This document shows positions 8,810-17,644 of a stretch of 64,000 nucleotides of DNA, piece by piece. The notes beneath the pieces are model-generated. The model was not told where the DNA came from. It saw only the letters and a list, made by a program, of their open reading frames with translations, and searched no databases. The position numbers and the translations under genes were made by a program. Source of the stretch: a virus (lineage: Duplodnaviria; Heunggongvirae; Uroviricota; Caudoviricetes); the IMG/VR virus record IMGVR_UViG_3300001605_000025, positions 1 to 64,000 of that record. One strand, written 5' to 3'. The first letter of the stretch is position 1. Every line of letters starts with the position of its first letter.

Positions 8810-9068
8810 TTGGTCTCACCGACACTACGTTTGTTTCATACTCCCAGTCATACTGAACATACGTGCAAGGAATTAGTGCATTCTTACACGCTTCAGCAAC
8901 CTTCTCTTGAAGGTTTGCTTGTGTACATCCTTCTATCCGAAGAAGCATTCCCTGGACGAACACTCTAGATGCATCAGTGATTATTGCACCGTAAACTTCT
9001 TCCAGATCACCATCGTGATATTTTGTACCGTCAGATACAAAATATATCGTCATGGTATCGCACCCCAC
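8799..9068 (-). CDS. hypothetical protein
   Basis: 89-aa ORF. Confidence 0.4.
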   Translation of the reverse strand: MGCDTMTIYFVSDGTKYHDGDLEEVYGAIITDASRVFVQGMLLRIEGCTQANLQEKVAEACKNALIPCTYVQYDWEYETNVVSVRPNEP

Positions 9069-9130
9069 ATAGTTCTACGAAACGCATAGTATACGCCTCG
9101 TACCGTCATACTCATAGCTCGAAACATAGT

Positions 9131-9466
9131 TTAGTCCTCTTTACTGTACTTCTCGATCAGTTGATCGAGTTCTACATAGAATTCTTTCGGAAACTGTTTC
9201 TTCGGTGCAGTCGAACGAGCTTCTGGTATTACCTTCGATTCGTCCAAGTATGCACACTCTCTCCAGAGTTCGAATACTCCAACTACTGGTCCGGAATCTT
9301 CCAGTATCTCGATCAGCTCTCCAACGTCAGATGTTACGATCTGGTTGAACCCAGTATCATCACATTCTTCAGGATCGGGCCACTTATATACAAACGTATA
9401 TAATCGACCGTACTTATCAACTAACCGTACACCTAACGGGTCGTTCGTACTATATGTTTCATCCAT
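9131..9466 (-). CDS. hypothetical protein
   Basis: 111-aa acidic ORF. Confidence 0.45.
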   Translation of the reverse strand: MDETYSTNDPLGVRLVDKYGRLYTFVYKWPDPEECDDTGFNQIVTSDVGELIEILEDSGPVVGVFELWRECAYLDESKVIPEARSTAPKKQFPKEFYVELDQLIEKYSKED

Positions 9467-9468
9467 GA

Positions 9469-9978
9469 TTAGTCCTCCAGATTGATAATCTCGTACGTTA
9501 GCCCGTACATTCGCTTCTTTGTTCGTACTTCGCTACTTCTTTCATATGAACCAGTTAGTCCATCGAACCGTTCGAATAGTTCCCACTCATCGGAAATCTG
9601 TTCTTTCAGTCTTCGAACTTTCAGACACATCGTTCTCCATACAACATTATAGATGTAACATTTCGGTTTGAACGGAATACGTTTCCACTCAAACTTCTGT
9701 TCATGACAACGTAGAACTATGTTCGCGATATGTTCTTCGGAACAGTCAAAATTCAGTCTCGTTGTACCCTCATAGTAGAATGTTAGTTCCTCCATCACGT
9801 TCAGTTGAAATGATATGTTCGTCGGTGCGTTCTTATTGAACTCTCTCGTGGCTTCGGGCGACAGTTTATCTTTGGTCTCAGATGATCTAGATGCTCTTGA
9901 CCGTCGTGAACGATCAACATCATCATACAGTTTCTTTATTCTGTTCCATTTTTCTTGATCTGTTTCATCTAGTACCAT
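9469..9978 (-). CDS. hypothetical protein (first gene of the leftward block)
   Basis: 169-aa ORF adjacent to the divergent control region. Confidence 0.5.
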   Translation of the reverse strand: MVLDETDQEKWNRIKKLYDDVDRSRRSRASRSSETKDKLSPEATREFNKNAPTNISFQLNVMEELTFYYEGTTRLNFDCSEEHIANIVLRCHEQKFEWKRIPFKPKCYIYNVVWRTMCLKVRRLKEQISDEWELFERFDGLTGSYERSSEVRTKKRMYGLTYEIINLED

Positions 9979-10116
9979 GTTGACCTCTCGATCATATTCT
10001 CATTCTTATCTATCGTATATATATTAAACTTGTTCTCATATATAAGTATAGGTTCTCGCAATTAACCGTTAAGATGGTTATTACCATTCAGGCTCTCTAT
10101 ACCAACAAAATGTTTA

Positions 10117-10134
10117 TTATATATAGTCCGGTAG
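10117..10134 (+). promoter_or_regulatory. promoter-like motif TTTATTATATATAGTCCGG
   Basis: Resembles the motifs at 12437 and 16044. Points into about 400 nt with no ORF. Confidence 0.3.
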
Positions 10135-10522
10135 TTTGCATGATAACGGTAGTGGCGCAGATGATGGAACTTAACGGTCTGTGAACTGTTGTAGGGAATC
10201 TTTCCTTTTAGAGGGTAGATCGGCTTTTGTCGGTGTGTCTTGCGGTCCTTCGGTCCGGAGCTCCGTAATTTCCCATGGGTATAGCTCTGCGTCGGGGATT
10301 GCATAGCACCCCTCGTAATCCATCTTACGAATCTTAATCTTCGTAATGACCCGTTTAATAGTGTGTTCGCTCCTTCGTCTGCACGCTTGCTCGATAATAA
10401 GGTTGGTCGTCCTTCATCCCCCGCATGCCTCTTCAGTTCGGCGGTAACCAGATTGAACGGTCGGTCGGTCGGGCCTCCTCCTAACGTCAGGAGTACCCCT
10501 TTAACAAAAAAAAATTATGGTG

Positions 10523-10627
10523 TTACTTGCCTGTCATCTTAGCGGCAGATACGCTTTGTTTCCACTCATCCAGGACTTCACACCATTCACTCCACATAGC
10601 GGCTTTGACCGCAGGGTAGTCATGCAT
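10523..10627 (-). CDS. small hypothetical protein (34 aa)
   Basis: SD GAGGT 4 nt before the ATG, directly after the 10637..10945 stop. Approximate. Confidence 0.25.
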   Translation of the reverse strand: MHDYPAVKAAMWSEWCEVLDEWKQSVSAAKMTGK

Positions 10628-10636
10628 ACTACCTCG

Positions 10637-10945
10637 TTACTTCTTTGCGGCCTGGTCCTTCTTCTTTGGAGCCTCGTACCTGAACACGTTGTGCGCTACT
10701 TCTTTGAACCCTGCCTTTCCGTCCATTGCGTACTTAACAGTCATCCAGTTGACCTTCACCTTGGGCTCATCACCAGTCTTGCCTTCATTCAGGCCAGCAT
10801 CAAGCCATGCCCTCAGTTTTGCAACTGTGTAGTCCTGGCCATCCGCCATGATCTCCTTCAAGATCTTGTTGTACCTGGCTACTGATTCAGTCTTCGACCT
10901 TCCGCGCACTTCAACGTTTGCCTTGATTGCATTCCAGTCTGTCAT
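10637..10945 (-). CDS. Lys-rich hypothetical protein
   Basis: 102 aa, SD AAGGAG. The overlapping + ORF 10517..10885 looks like non-coding translation. Confidence 0.5.
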   Translation of the reverse strand: MTDWNAIKANVEVRGRSKTESVARYNKILKEIMADGQDYTVAKLRAWLDAGLNEGKTGDEPKVKVNWMTVKYAMDGKAGFKEVAHNVFRYEAPKKKDQAAKK

Positions 10946-11103
10946 GCTTTACTCCTTGGCACCCTTTTTTGTGCCACATGCTTCACAAATTTCTTCATCG
11001 ATACACACACTTTGATATCATCGGTCGGCTTGCCCAGTGCTAGTTGGCAACGCGTCATCCCCAATCTATCATTCAACAGGTCAGGACATCCATCACACTT
11101 CAT
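10942..11103 (-). CDS. small Cys-containing protein (53 aa)
   Basis: Hand-found ORF (MKCDGCPDLL...). Its stop overlaps the next ATG (ATGA). Approximate. Confidence 0.35.
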   Translation of the reverse strand: MKCDGCPDLLNDRLGMTRCQLALGKPTDDIKVCVSMKKFVKHVAQKRVPRSKA

Positions 11104-11128
11104 CCTTCATCCCCCCTTTTATTTTCAA

Positions 11129-11314
11129 TTAAACAATAATAACAATTTCATGTTCAAGATCCGGTACTAATTCCTTAACAGTAACATACCCTCTTACATC
11201 AGGTAATCGGTCCGCTACAATAACGTTGCCTCGATAATTAACAGTTGCGTAAACTGTGATAGTTCCAAGATCAACTTTGGTCCATAACATATCGTCAACA
11301 CGTATTGGTTCCAC
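11129..11314 (-). CDS. hypothetical protein
   Basis: 61 aa, GTG start with SD AAGGAGGT 6 nt upstream. Confidence 0.45.
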   Translation of the reverse strand: MEPIRVDDMLWTKVDLGTITVYATVNYRGNVIVADRLPDVRGYVTVKELVPDLEHEIVIIV

Positions 11315-11375
11315 TTTTAACCTCCTTTTTGTTTTTCAACAATATAAAAACAACTTCAACAGTTAACCACTATAA

Positions 11376-11401
11376 TCAACCCCAGCTAGGCGGGGGTTGA
11401 T
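11376..11401 (-). terminator. GC-rich hairpin TCAACCCC-AGCTAGGC-GGGGGTTGA
   Basis: Perfect 8-9 bp stem. It lies about 110 nt downstream, in the minus sense, of the last G-free-island gene. There is no strong T-tract, so function is uncertain. Confidence 0.25.
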
Positions 11402-11514
11402 AGGTGTCGGTAACCTTATAACTATAACGCTTAGTTGTGTAACCATATAAGTCACCTTTCATTAAAAAAACTTTAAAATAACTCTCTATTCCACATACAC
11501 CTTATTACTTCTTA

Positions 11515-11706
11515 TCACCACTCCTCAAATTCAAATCCATCTTCATCCACCAACTTCCCTTTCTTTCTATTCAATAAATTATTATAACTATAATCCTCCT
11601 CACTTTCTTTCTCATCAACATTACACATACCTTTAACATTCCATCCACAACTTATTATCTCACACTTTCTCCCTTTCCAACAAATCTTATCTTTACCTTC
11701 AATCAT
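11515..11706 (-). CDS. G-free-island protein 4 (63 aa; lacks A/T/P/H/Q)
   Basis: Track ORF. Codons use only A/G/T. Confidence 0.5.
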   Translation of the reverse strand: MIEGKDKICWKGRKCEIISCGWNVKGMCNVDEKESEEDYSYNNLLNRKKGKLVDEDGFEFEEW

Positions 11707-11845
11707 TATTCTTCATCTCCTTCATATATTCATTAATACCTTTATCATATACTTCTTTACTCACTTCTTTCCACCACTTACATTCAATACAATCATCATA
11801 ACATTCATCAACCTCTTTATTTAAACAAAACCCATATCTACTCAT
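11699..11845 (-). CDS. G-free-island protein 3 (48 aa; C-x7-C-x3-C-x2-C)
   Basis: Hand-found ORF (MSRYGFCLNKEVDECYDDCIECKWW...). The ATG overlaps the upstream stop and the stop overlaps the next ATG. Approximate. Confidence 0.45.
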   Translation of the reverse strand: MSRYGFCLNKEVDECYDDCIECKWWKEVSKEVYDKGINEYMKEMKNND

Positions 11846-12107
11846 TCTTAATCACCACCCAATCTTCAACCTTTAATATATCATCATTCAACATTAACTT
11901 CTCAATAACATACCCCTCTTTATTCAACATATCCTTTATTCTATATATATCCAAACACTTATTCATATATCTACTTAAATCACCAACAATATCCTTTAAT
12001 CTCTTACTCCCACCAATCCTCACACTCATAATAACCATATCACATACATTACTATAATTAACCTTCTCAACCTTACCACATAACATTCTCATACAATATA
12101 CCTCCAT
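11838..12107 (-). CDS. G-free-island protein 2 (89 aa; lacks A/T/P/H/Q)
   Basis: Track ORF. An internal GGAGGT precedes the second Met. Confidence 0.5.
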   Translation of the reverse strand: MEVYCMRMLCGKVEKVNYSNVCDMVIMSVRIGGSKRLKDIVGDLSRYMNKCLDIYRIKDMLNKEGYVIEKLMLNDDILKVEDWVVIKNE

Positions 12108-12127
12108 TATAATTTCACATAAAATAA

Positions 12128-12253
12128 TTAAATTCTCCTCTCACTATACATCATCTTACCCTTCTCATCAAACTCCAACTTCTTCTTAATATCAACAATC
12201 TCCCATTCATTCTTATCCTTATTCCAAACCTTATCCTTCACAATCTCAATCAT
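12128..12253 (-). CDS. G-free-island protein 1 (41 aa)
   Basis: Hand-found ORF (MIEIVKDKVWNKDKNEWEIVDIKKK...). SD AGGAGGT 7 nt before the ATG. Approximate. Confidence 0.45.
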   Translation of the reverse strand: MIEIVKDKVWNKDKNEWEIVDIKKKLEFDEKGKMMYSERRI

Positions 12254-12436
12254 ACTCTTAACCTCCTATATATTTTCATAAACCTTAATAACATTAATAA
12301 AAATTTAACATATAACTATCTATATTCTATATATATGGTCACCGTACATCATTACCACTAGTTGCAATGTTTTGCACAAGCTAGCACCGGAAATACTTAA
12401 GGAGTAGCCCGTTAGTCCGTCTACTCGAACGTTCCG

Positions 12437-12448
12437 TTTAAATATAGG
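12437..12448 (+). promoter_or_regulatory. promoter-like motif TTTAAATATAGG, about 41 nt upstream of the TerS ATG
   Basis: The motif recurs with the same spacing before the 16086 gene. Confidence 0.35.
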
Positions 12449-12478
12449 CACGTCCCAAAAACTTTACCGGAGATACCA

Positions 12479-13006
12479 ATGGATAGTGAACAACCTTGTC
12501 CTGTGTGTCGTGCTGGTAGTCTTGGAGCTACCATGATGCGGGACTGCCACCTTGGACGAAAGACTACATTTCAAGTTGCCGCCGAACTAGACACAACTAA
12601 CGAACTTGTGATGAAGCATATCAATGAGTCCCACGAACTAACGTTTGATGAGGACGGAGCGTTACGGTCACAAGATAGACTGATGGATGACTTACTGAAA
12701 ACGTTAAAGACACTGAAAACGTGGACGGATTATGTTGTAAATACAGTTAAGGATCCAAACCAGATCGACCGTGCTAAAGTTGATATGTTAGTCCGGTTAT
12801 CACAGGAAGCTAGAAAGACAATCGAATCGGTAGCTACTTTGCAGGGAAGAAAGGGCCCGGGAGACACACATATCCAAATGCAGATCCTGAACGGTAAGGT
12901 CGTTCTGTTGACTAATACGATTATCGATGTAGCATGTCCAGACTGTAAGATGAAGATTCTAGATGCAATTGAAGGCCAACCATTGCTTATGGAGGCTCCT
13001 AAATGA
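12479..13006 (+). CDS. terminase small subunit candidate (zinc-ribbon + HTH-like)
   Basis: Sits immediately upstream of TerL. Contains CPVC...C and CPDC motifs. Confidence 0.4.
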   Translation: MDSEQPCPVCRAGSLGATMMRDCHLGRKTTFQVAAELDTTNELVMKHINESHELTFDEDGALRSQDRLMDDLLKTLKTLKTWTDYVVNTVKDPNQIDRAKVDMLVRLSQEARKTIESVATLQGRKGPGDTHIQMQILNGKVVLLTNTIIDVACPDCKMKILDAIEGQPLLMEAPK

Positions 13007-14478
13007 TTGAGACAGAGTGTCAGCTGTCAAGTCACGAGACGCTAGATGGAAAGGATTACGTTCAGTACATGAGAACTGTTCTAAAAGGTAAATCAGATCC
13101 AGTTTGGTGGATAAAAGAGTATCTAGGTGTTAAATTTGAACCACACCATATAGAACAAGAGCTCGTTCTACGTCAGTGGTATCGACATCGTTACAATCCA
13201 ACACTGATACCTTATAAGAATATGTACGTATTGGCGGGAATGAGGTCTGGAAAGACAGCACTTGATAGCATGATTACATGTTATGAACTGTTTGATGTTG
13301 TGACATTACCGAAGATTCCGTGGGAGTACTATAGCTTAATACGGAATCAGTTAGTAACGTTATCGATTCTATCGATTAGTCGTGACCAGTCAGATGACGG
13401 TCTATGGGGTAACGTCCAGCAGTTCCTCGACAAGAATGCGTGGTTCGACCAGTGGACTGACCTAACTCTGAAGTCAGAAAGTGCTGATATAGCGTCTAAA
13501 CGTGTTGGAATACGTGTTCTATCATCATCTAGCAGTACAATTGTAGGACGATCTAACAGATTCGTGGGACTAGATGAGTTAGATAGTTTTGAAAATACAG
13601 AAGGGAAGCGCGGAGCATGGAAAGTATTCACGAAAATGCAAAACTCAACACAGACATTCGGCCAAGATGGCCGACTTGCTGCAATATCATCATCGAACGA
13701 CGACCCGAATTCTATTATGAATACGTTAATCAGGCAGTCAGAAGGGAAGCAGAACGTTTTAGCAATTATGAAGCCTACTTGGATTATGAATACAGCGATT
13801 TCGGAAGCGGAGCTGAGGGAGGAGTACAAGGACAATCTAGCAGGGTTCTACAGAGACTTCGCATGTATGCCAGGTATGTACACTGGAATGGAGTTCCCAG
13901 ATGGTATAAAACTAGCTGATATACCGAATGTTTTCCTGACGAAACGTTCAGACGTTCCGTATGGTCGTGTCATTGCGATAGATCCTGCAGCTAAGAATGA
14001 TGCATTTGGTGTTGCTACTGGATATCGTGCGTTCGGTCGTGTGATTGTTGATGGGGTATGTCGGTTTCAGAAAACTGGAGATGAAGTCTTTATTAATCCA
14101 GAGGATATTGACAAGTTTCTAGAAGAATGTTATAAGTATATGAACATAAGAGCTCTTGTATTTGATACATGGATGTATCCGAACATTATTCATAAGGCAG
14201 AACATGATCACGGTCTTATGTGTGTCAAACATATTGTACGGAAAGCAGAATACGATGCAGTTAAAGGTATGATTAAACAGGGAACTTTGGATGTAGTAGC
14301 AGATCCAGTGCTAAAGCGTGAGTGTGAAGGATTAAAGATTATTAACGATTTACGGGTAGATCACCCGTTACAAGGGAGTAAAGACATGGCAGATTGTGTA
14401 GCAAACGTTGTATGGTACTTAACAGAATGTGAGGTTGAACCTCAGAAGCCGAGAATCTTATTAGCGAAGGTGTTCTAA
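13003..14478 (+). CDS. terL: terminase large subunit
   Basis: Walker A AGMRSGKT and a C-terminal RNase-H-like nuclease region (IAIDPAAKNDAFG). 491 aa, positioned before the portal. Confidence 0.85.
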   Translation: MIETECQLSSHETLDGKDYVQYMRTVLKGKSDPVWWIKEYLGVKFEPHHIEQELVLRQWYRHRYNPTLIPYKNMYVLAGMRSGKTALDSMITCYELFDVVTLPKIPWEYYSLIRNQLVTLSILSISRDQSDDGLWGNVQQFLDKNAWFDQWTDLTLKSESADIASKRVGIRVLSSSSSTIVGRSNRFVGLDELDSFENTEGKRGAWKVFTKMQNSTQTFGQDGRLAAISSSNDDPNSIMNTLIRQSEGKQNVLAIMKPTWIMNTAISEAELREEYKDNLAGFYRDFACMPGMYTGMEFPDGIKLADIPNVFLTKRSDVPYGRVIAIDPAAKNDAFGVATGYRAFGRVIVDGVCRFQKTGDEVFINPEDIDKFLEECYKYMNIRALVFDTWMYPNIIHKAEHDHGLMCVKHIVRKAEYDAVKGMIKQGTLDVVADPVLKRECEGLKIINDLRVDHPLQGSKDMADCVANVVWYLTECEVEPQKPRILLAKVF

Positions 14479-15978
14479 ATGGGACTAATTAAGGATACAG
14501 TAGGTAAGTTATTTGGATATCCAGTTACAAACACACGGTCCGTTCAGCAGATCAGTAACCCTGTAACTCGGACAATGGCTGGAAAGAAGATCACTGTAAA
14601 ACTGGTAGAATTTCTACAGAACATCTCTGACTTTAGCAACATGCAGGATGAAGAGATGCAAGAACAGATGTTTATCTGGGAACCTGAAGTTGGAGGTGCG
14701 TTAGATAGGTTGTCTACTTTAGTCGCGGAGTGTTATCAGGGACCAATTCTGATGGATACCGATAAGGCAACATCTGAGATTGAAGAGACTATGCTTAAAG
14801 AAGCGAAACGTATATCGGATCGTATACAAATGGCGAATCAGTTTGAGATGTATGGAGAACTGTTACCGTTGTTTGGTGATGTTTACGTTGATGTACGTGA
14901 CCCACTAACGTATCGTATTATACCTAATAAGTACGTTACGATAGTTGAGAGTAAGGATCAGATTAACCAAATGATACCAAACGTTCTAATGACTAACGGG
15001 AACTATCTAGTATTTAACGAGACATTCCAGACTAATATGTTTATACTAGAGCCAAGTCAGTGGATTCATCTTAAGTATAAAGATACTCCAATCTTTGCAG
15101 TAGATAAGAAAGGAAGACAGACATATGGTATCTATTCTGTTAGTCCTGTTCAGCGAGCCATCATCGCGACATGGCAGAAGCGTCAAACGTCTATCATTGA
15201 CATATTATATCGCTGGAGAATCATTCCACGTGAGATCCACTCTGTTGACAGTACGATCTTTGCATTGGACCAGTTTTCCGGTAGTCAGATGGATCGTCTC
15301 GACGCTTCAAAAACGAAAGCTGATCAGTATATAAGCGAGTATAACAAAAGTATTGAAAACCAGACACCTGATCAAGGATATACAGTACTTGATACAATTG
15401 ACATCAAGATGTTGGAAACGAAAGCTAATTCGTACATGCGAACTAACGAGTTGATAGATCAGCTAGATGCAAAAGTTTGGACTGCATTAAATATGCCAAA
15501 GTCAGTTGTAACAGGCGAGGGTGCCGGATCGTATGCATCAGAACTTATTATTAGTAATTACGTTAGTCAGAAAGCGTTACAGATCGCTAAGAAGATACGA
15601 CCGTTACTGCTGACTAATCTTCGTGCTAGACTTCTGATGATTAATCCGGAATTTCCAGTCGAGAAGATAGATCTAAAATTAGAGCTAGAAATGGCAGCTA
15701 CACGGTTAGAAACGTTCCGTGAAATGGCTATTATGGCATCACTCGGATGTTTCACGCAGACCGAAATCCGTTCAATGATACCTGGATACGCTCCACTGAC
15801 TGAGGAACAGAAATCTGAAGTCGTAACGGGTGGACGGACAGTTCAGGCTGCTCTTGACCAGTTTGATTCCTTACAGGCGAAGTACCCAGATACTCCACAA
15901 AGTGATAGTCAGCATAAACAAGATTCCGGTCAGCAAGCAGTAACTAAGACTCAAAAGTCTGCTGTTACTCCACAATAA
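14479..15978 (+). CDS. portal protein
   Basis: 499 aa immediately after TerL. Assigned by synteny. Confidence 0.6.
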   Translation: MGLIKDTVGKLFGYPVTNTRSVQQISNPVTRTMAGKKITVKLVEFLQNISDFSNMQDEEMQEQMFIWEPEVGGALDRLSTLVAECYQGPILMDTDKATSEIEETMLKEAKRISDRIQMANQFEMYGELLPLFGDVYVDVRDPLTYRIIPNKYVTIVESKDQINQMIPNVLMTNGNYLVFNETFQTNMFILEPSQWIHLKYKDTPIFAVDKKGRQTYGIYSVSPVQRAIIATWQKRQTSIIDILYRWRIIPREIHSVDSTIFALDQFSGSQMDRLDASKTKADQYISEYNKSIENQTPDQGYTVLDTIDIKMLETKANSYMRTNELIDQLDAKVWTALNMPKSVVTGEGAGSYASELIISNYVSQKALQIAKKIRPLLLTNLRARLLMINPEFPVEKIDLKLELEMAATRLETFREMAIMASLGCFTQTEIRSMIPGYAPLTEEQKSEVVTGGRTVQAALDQFDSLQAKYPDTPQSDSQHKQDSGQQAVTKTQKSAVTPQ

Positions 15979-16043
15979 CTTCTTTTTAACTGTTGGTTGA
16001 ACAACCTCTCTCCGTGAACAACCCTCTTCATCTCTTGTCCCTC

Positions 16044-16056
16044 TTTTATATATAGG
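16044..16056 (+). promoter_or_regulatory. promoter-like motif TTTTATATATAGG, about 42 nt upstream of the ATG at 16086
   Basis: Same motif and spacing as at 12437. Confidence 0.35.
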
Positions 16057-16085
16057 TTCGGATATACCAGTTCGTGGAGGTTCTA

Positions 16086-17138
16086 ATGAGTGATAACATT
16101 GAGTGGCGGTCGCTCGACGTAACGGCTGCCGAAGGTATGTCCCTACGCGTTGGAACTTTCCTAGCATCGGACGGTGAACCAGTTGAGTTTACACAAGATG
16201 TTCTTAAGAAGGTGTTTTCTAAAGTAACTAAGCCTGTTCCAATGTACCTCACGCACAAAGATGCGGGAACTGGTAAGGATCGTGTCATACTTGGACATGC
16301 TGTAAAACTTGGCATAACTCCACAGTATGATAGTATTCATTTTAAAGCACTAATGATGGATCCAACGTTTAAGCTTATGTATGCATCGGGTTACGATGAC
16401 ACTAGCGCAGAGATTACTCCTATCCGGGATGAAGCCACTGGACGAATAGTCGATGGTGTGCTGACTGGCTTTGCGGTAGTGCCAAATCCGGCAATAAGTG
16501 GGACAGAGATGAAAGTATCTGCGATAGCCTTTTCGACTGGAGGAACGACAGGATCTTATGTACCAACAGTTCCTGTAGTTCCAAAGATTGAATTGGATTC
16601 GGCAAAGGATATCGTTAAACCGAATAACGGAGGGATTAAGTTGACAGGAAAAACGGTCATTGAACGCACACTGCTCGAGAGTGGGGTACCAGCTGATAAA
16701 CTGGACGCTACCGTCGACGCTCTCGGTCAGGCGTTCAGTAAGAAGTTCGAGCAGGCGGGTCTTCAGAAGAAATTCGAAGATGCCCAGGAAGCTATTAAGC
16801 TTGCTTGTTCCGAACGTGATGAGATGAAGAAGAAATTTGAGGACTTAAATAACGAGTACAACACTATGCTTTCGGATAAGGTTGCAGCACTGTCGTCTGA
16901 GATTAAGACGATTGGATTTGCAAATGCTGAAGCTATTGTTGAAGGACTCGATGTTCGTCAGAAAATTGCAACATTAAGTAAGATGAAGGAAGGTCTTGCT
17001 ACTAGCAAGCCTATGACTGCTGGCGCACAGTTCCAGACACAGGTACCACCTGCAGCTAGTTCTGCTAAAGCATTCCAGGATAATCTGACTGAACTTGGTG
17101 TTGCTGACCTTTGGAACAAATATCATAAGGGGGCCTAA
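16086..17138 (+). CDS. scaffolding protein (possible protease-scaffold fusion)
   Basis: SD GGAGG before the ATG. The C-terminal half is a long charged coiled-coil. The N-terminal ~170 aa is globular. Confidence 0.5.
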   Translation: MSDNIEWRSLDVTAAEGMSLRVGTFLASDGEPVEFTQDVLKKVFSKVTKPVPMYLTHKDAGTGKDRVILGHAVKLGITPQYDSIHFKALMMDPTFKLMYASGYDDTSAEITPIRDEATGRIVDGVLTGFAVVPNPAISGTEMKVSAIAFSTGGTTGSYVPTVPVVPKIELDSAKDIVKPNNGGIKLTGKTVIERTLLESGVPADKLDATVDALGQAFSKKFEQAGLQKKFEDAQEAIKLACSERDEMKKKFEDLNNEYNTMLSDKVAALSSEIKTIGFANAEAIVEGLDVRQKIATLSKMKEGLATSKPMTAGAQFQTQVPPAASSAKAFQDNLTELGVADLWNKYHKGA

Positions 17139-17140
17139 CC

Positions 17141-17644
17141 ATGGCAGGCGCAACCGAAGCAACTATTATAAGTTATGGACTGGAGAATCCAGCACAAGCA
17201 ATCGCGTATACAATTCTCGAAGCCTACGCTACACCTGGTTACGTTGTGAAAGTTCACACAGTATCAGGTCAGATGACTGGAACAAACGCAATTACGGATA
17301 TCCCGGACGGTTACATCATTAAGAGTACTGTTCCTGCTACAATGCAAGCAATAGTTAACTCTGTAGAAGGTGATGCACAGACATTACAGTTTATCGGTGT
17401 TCAGGCACTTATTCCTGGACAAATCGCGTATCTGCAGCTTGCAGCCGCAACTGTAGCTGTAGCGATTGGCGACTTGCTTGGACCTACTGTAACACAAGGT
17501 TGTGTATCACCACGTTCAGCTACTGGTGTTAGAGGTGCTGGAATTGCAATTGCGAAGGCTCTTGAGGCTAAGGATGCAGCAGCTGGCGGAACGATTCGTT
17601 GTCGTATTATCCCGACTATGTACTTTGGAGCTGGATTACCATGA
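17141..17644 (+). CDS. head decoration-like protein
   Basis: 167 aa, Ala/Gly-rich, between the scaffold and the major capsid protein. Confidence 0.35.
   Translation: MAGATEATIISYGLENPAQAIAYTILEAYATPGYVVKVHTVSGQMTGTNAITDIPDGYIIKSTVPATMQAIVNSVEGDAQTLQFIGVQALIPGQIAYLQLAAATVAVAIGDLLGPTVTQGCVSPRSATGVRGAGIAIAKALEAKDAAAGGTIRCRIIPTMYFGAGLP

Larger units (their letters stand above)
11452..12336. other. 885-bp island with zero G on the + strand (zero C on the minus/coding strand)
   Basis: Direct base-by-base reading. The last G before the island is at 11451 and the first after it is at 12337. Confidence 0.95.

Noticed and set aside
10062-10304. Minus-strand 80-aa ORF and plus-strand ORF 10517..10885
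   Set aside because: Translations are His/Arg/Tyr-rich or Leu/Cys-rich with no SD. The region is better explained as non-coding (possible ncRNA), with the real gene 10637..10945 on the minus strand.
11452-12336. G-free island interpreted as a non-coding low-complexity spacer or origin
   Set aside because: A/G/T-only sequence has abundant stop codons (TAA, TAG, TGA), yet the minus strand is tiled end-to-end by four ORFs with SDs and start/stop overlaps. A coding interpretation is therefore favoured, though a replication role is not excluded.
13347-13835. Minus-strand ORF inside terL
   Set aside because: Antisense shadow ORF within a well-supported terminase gene.
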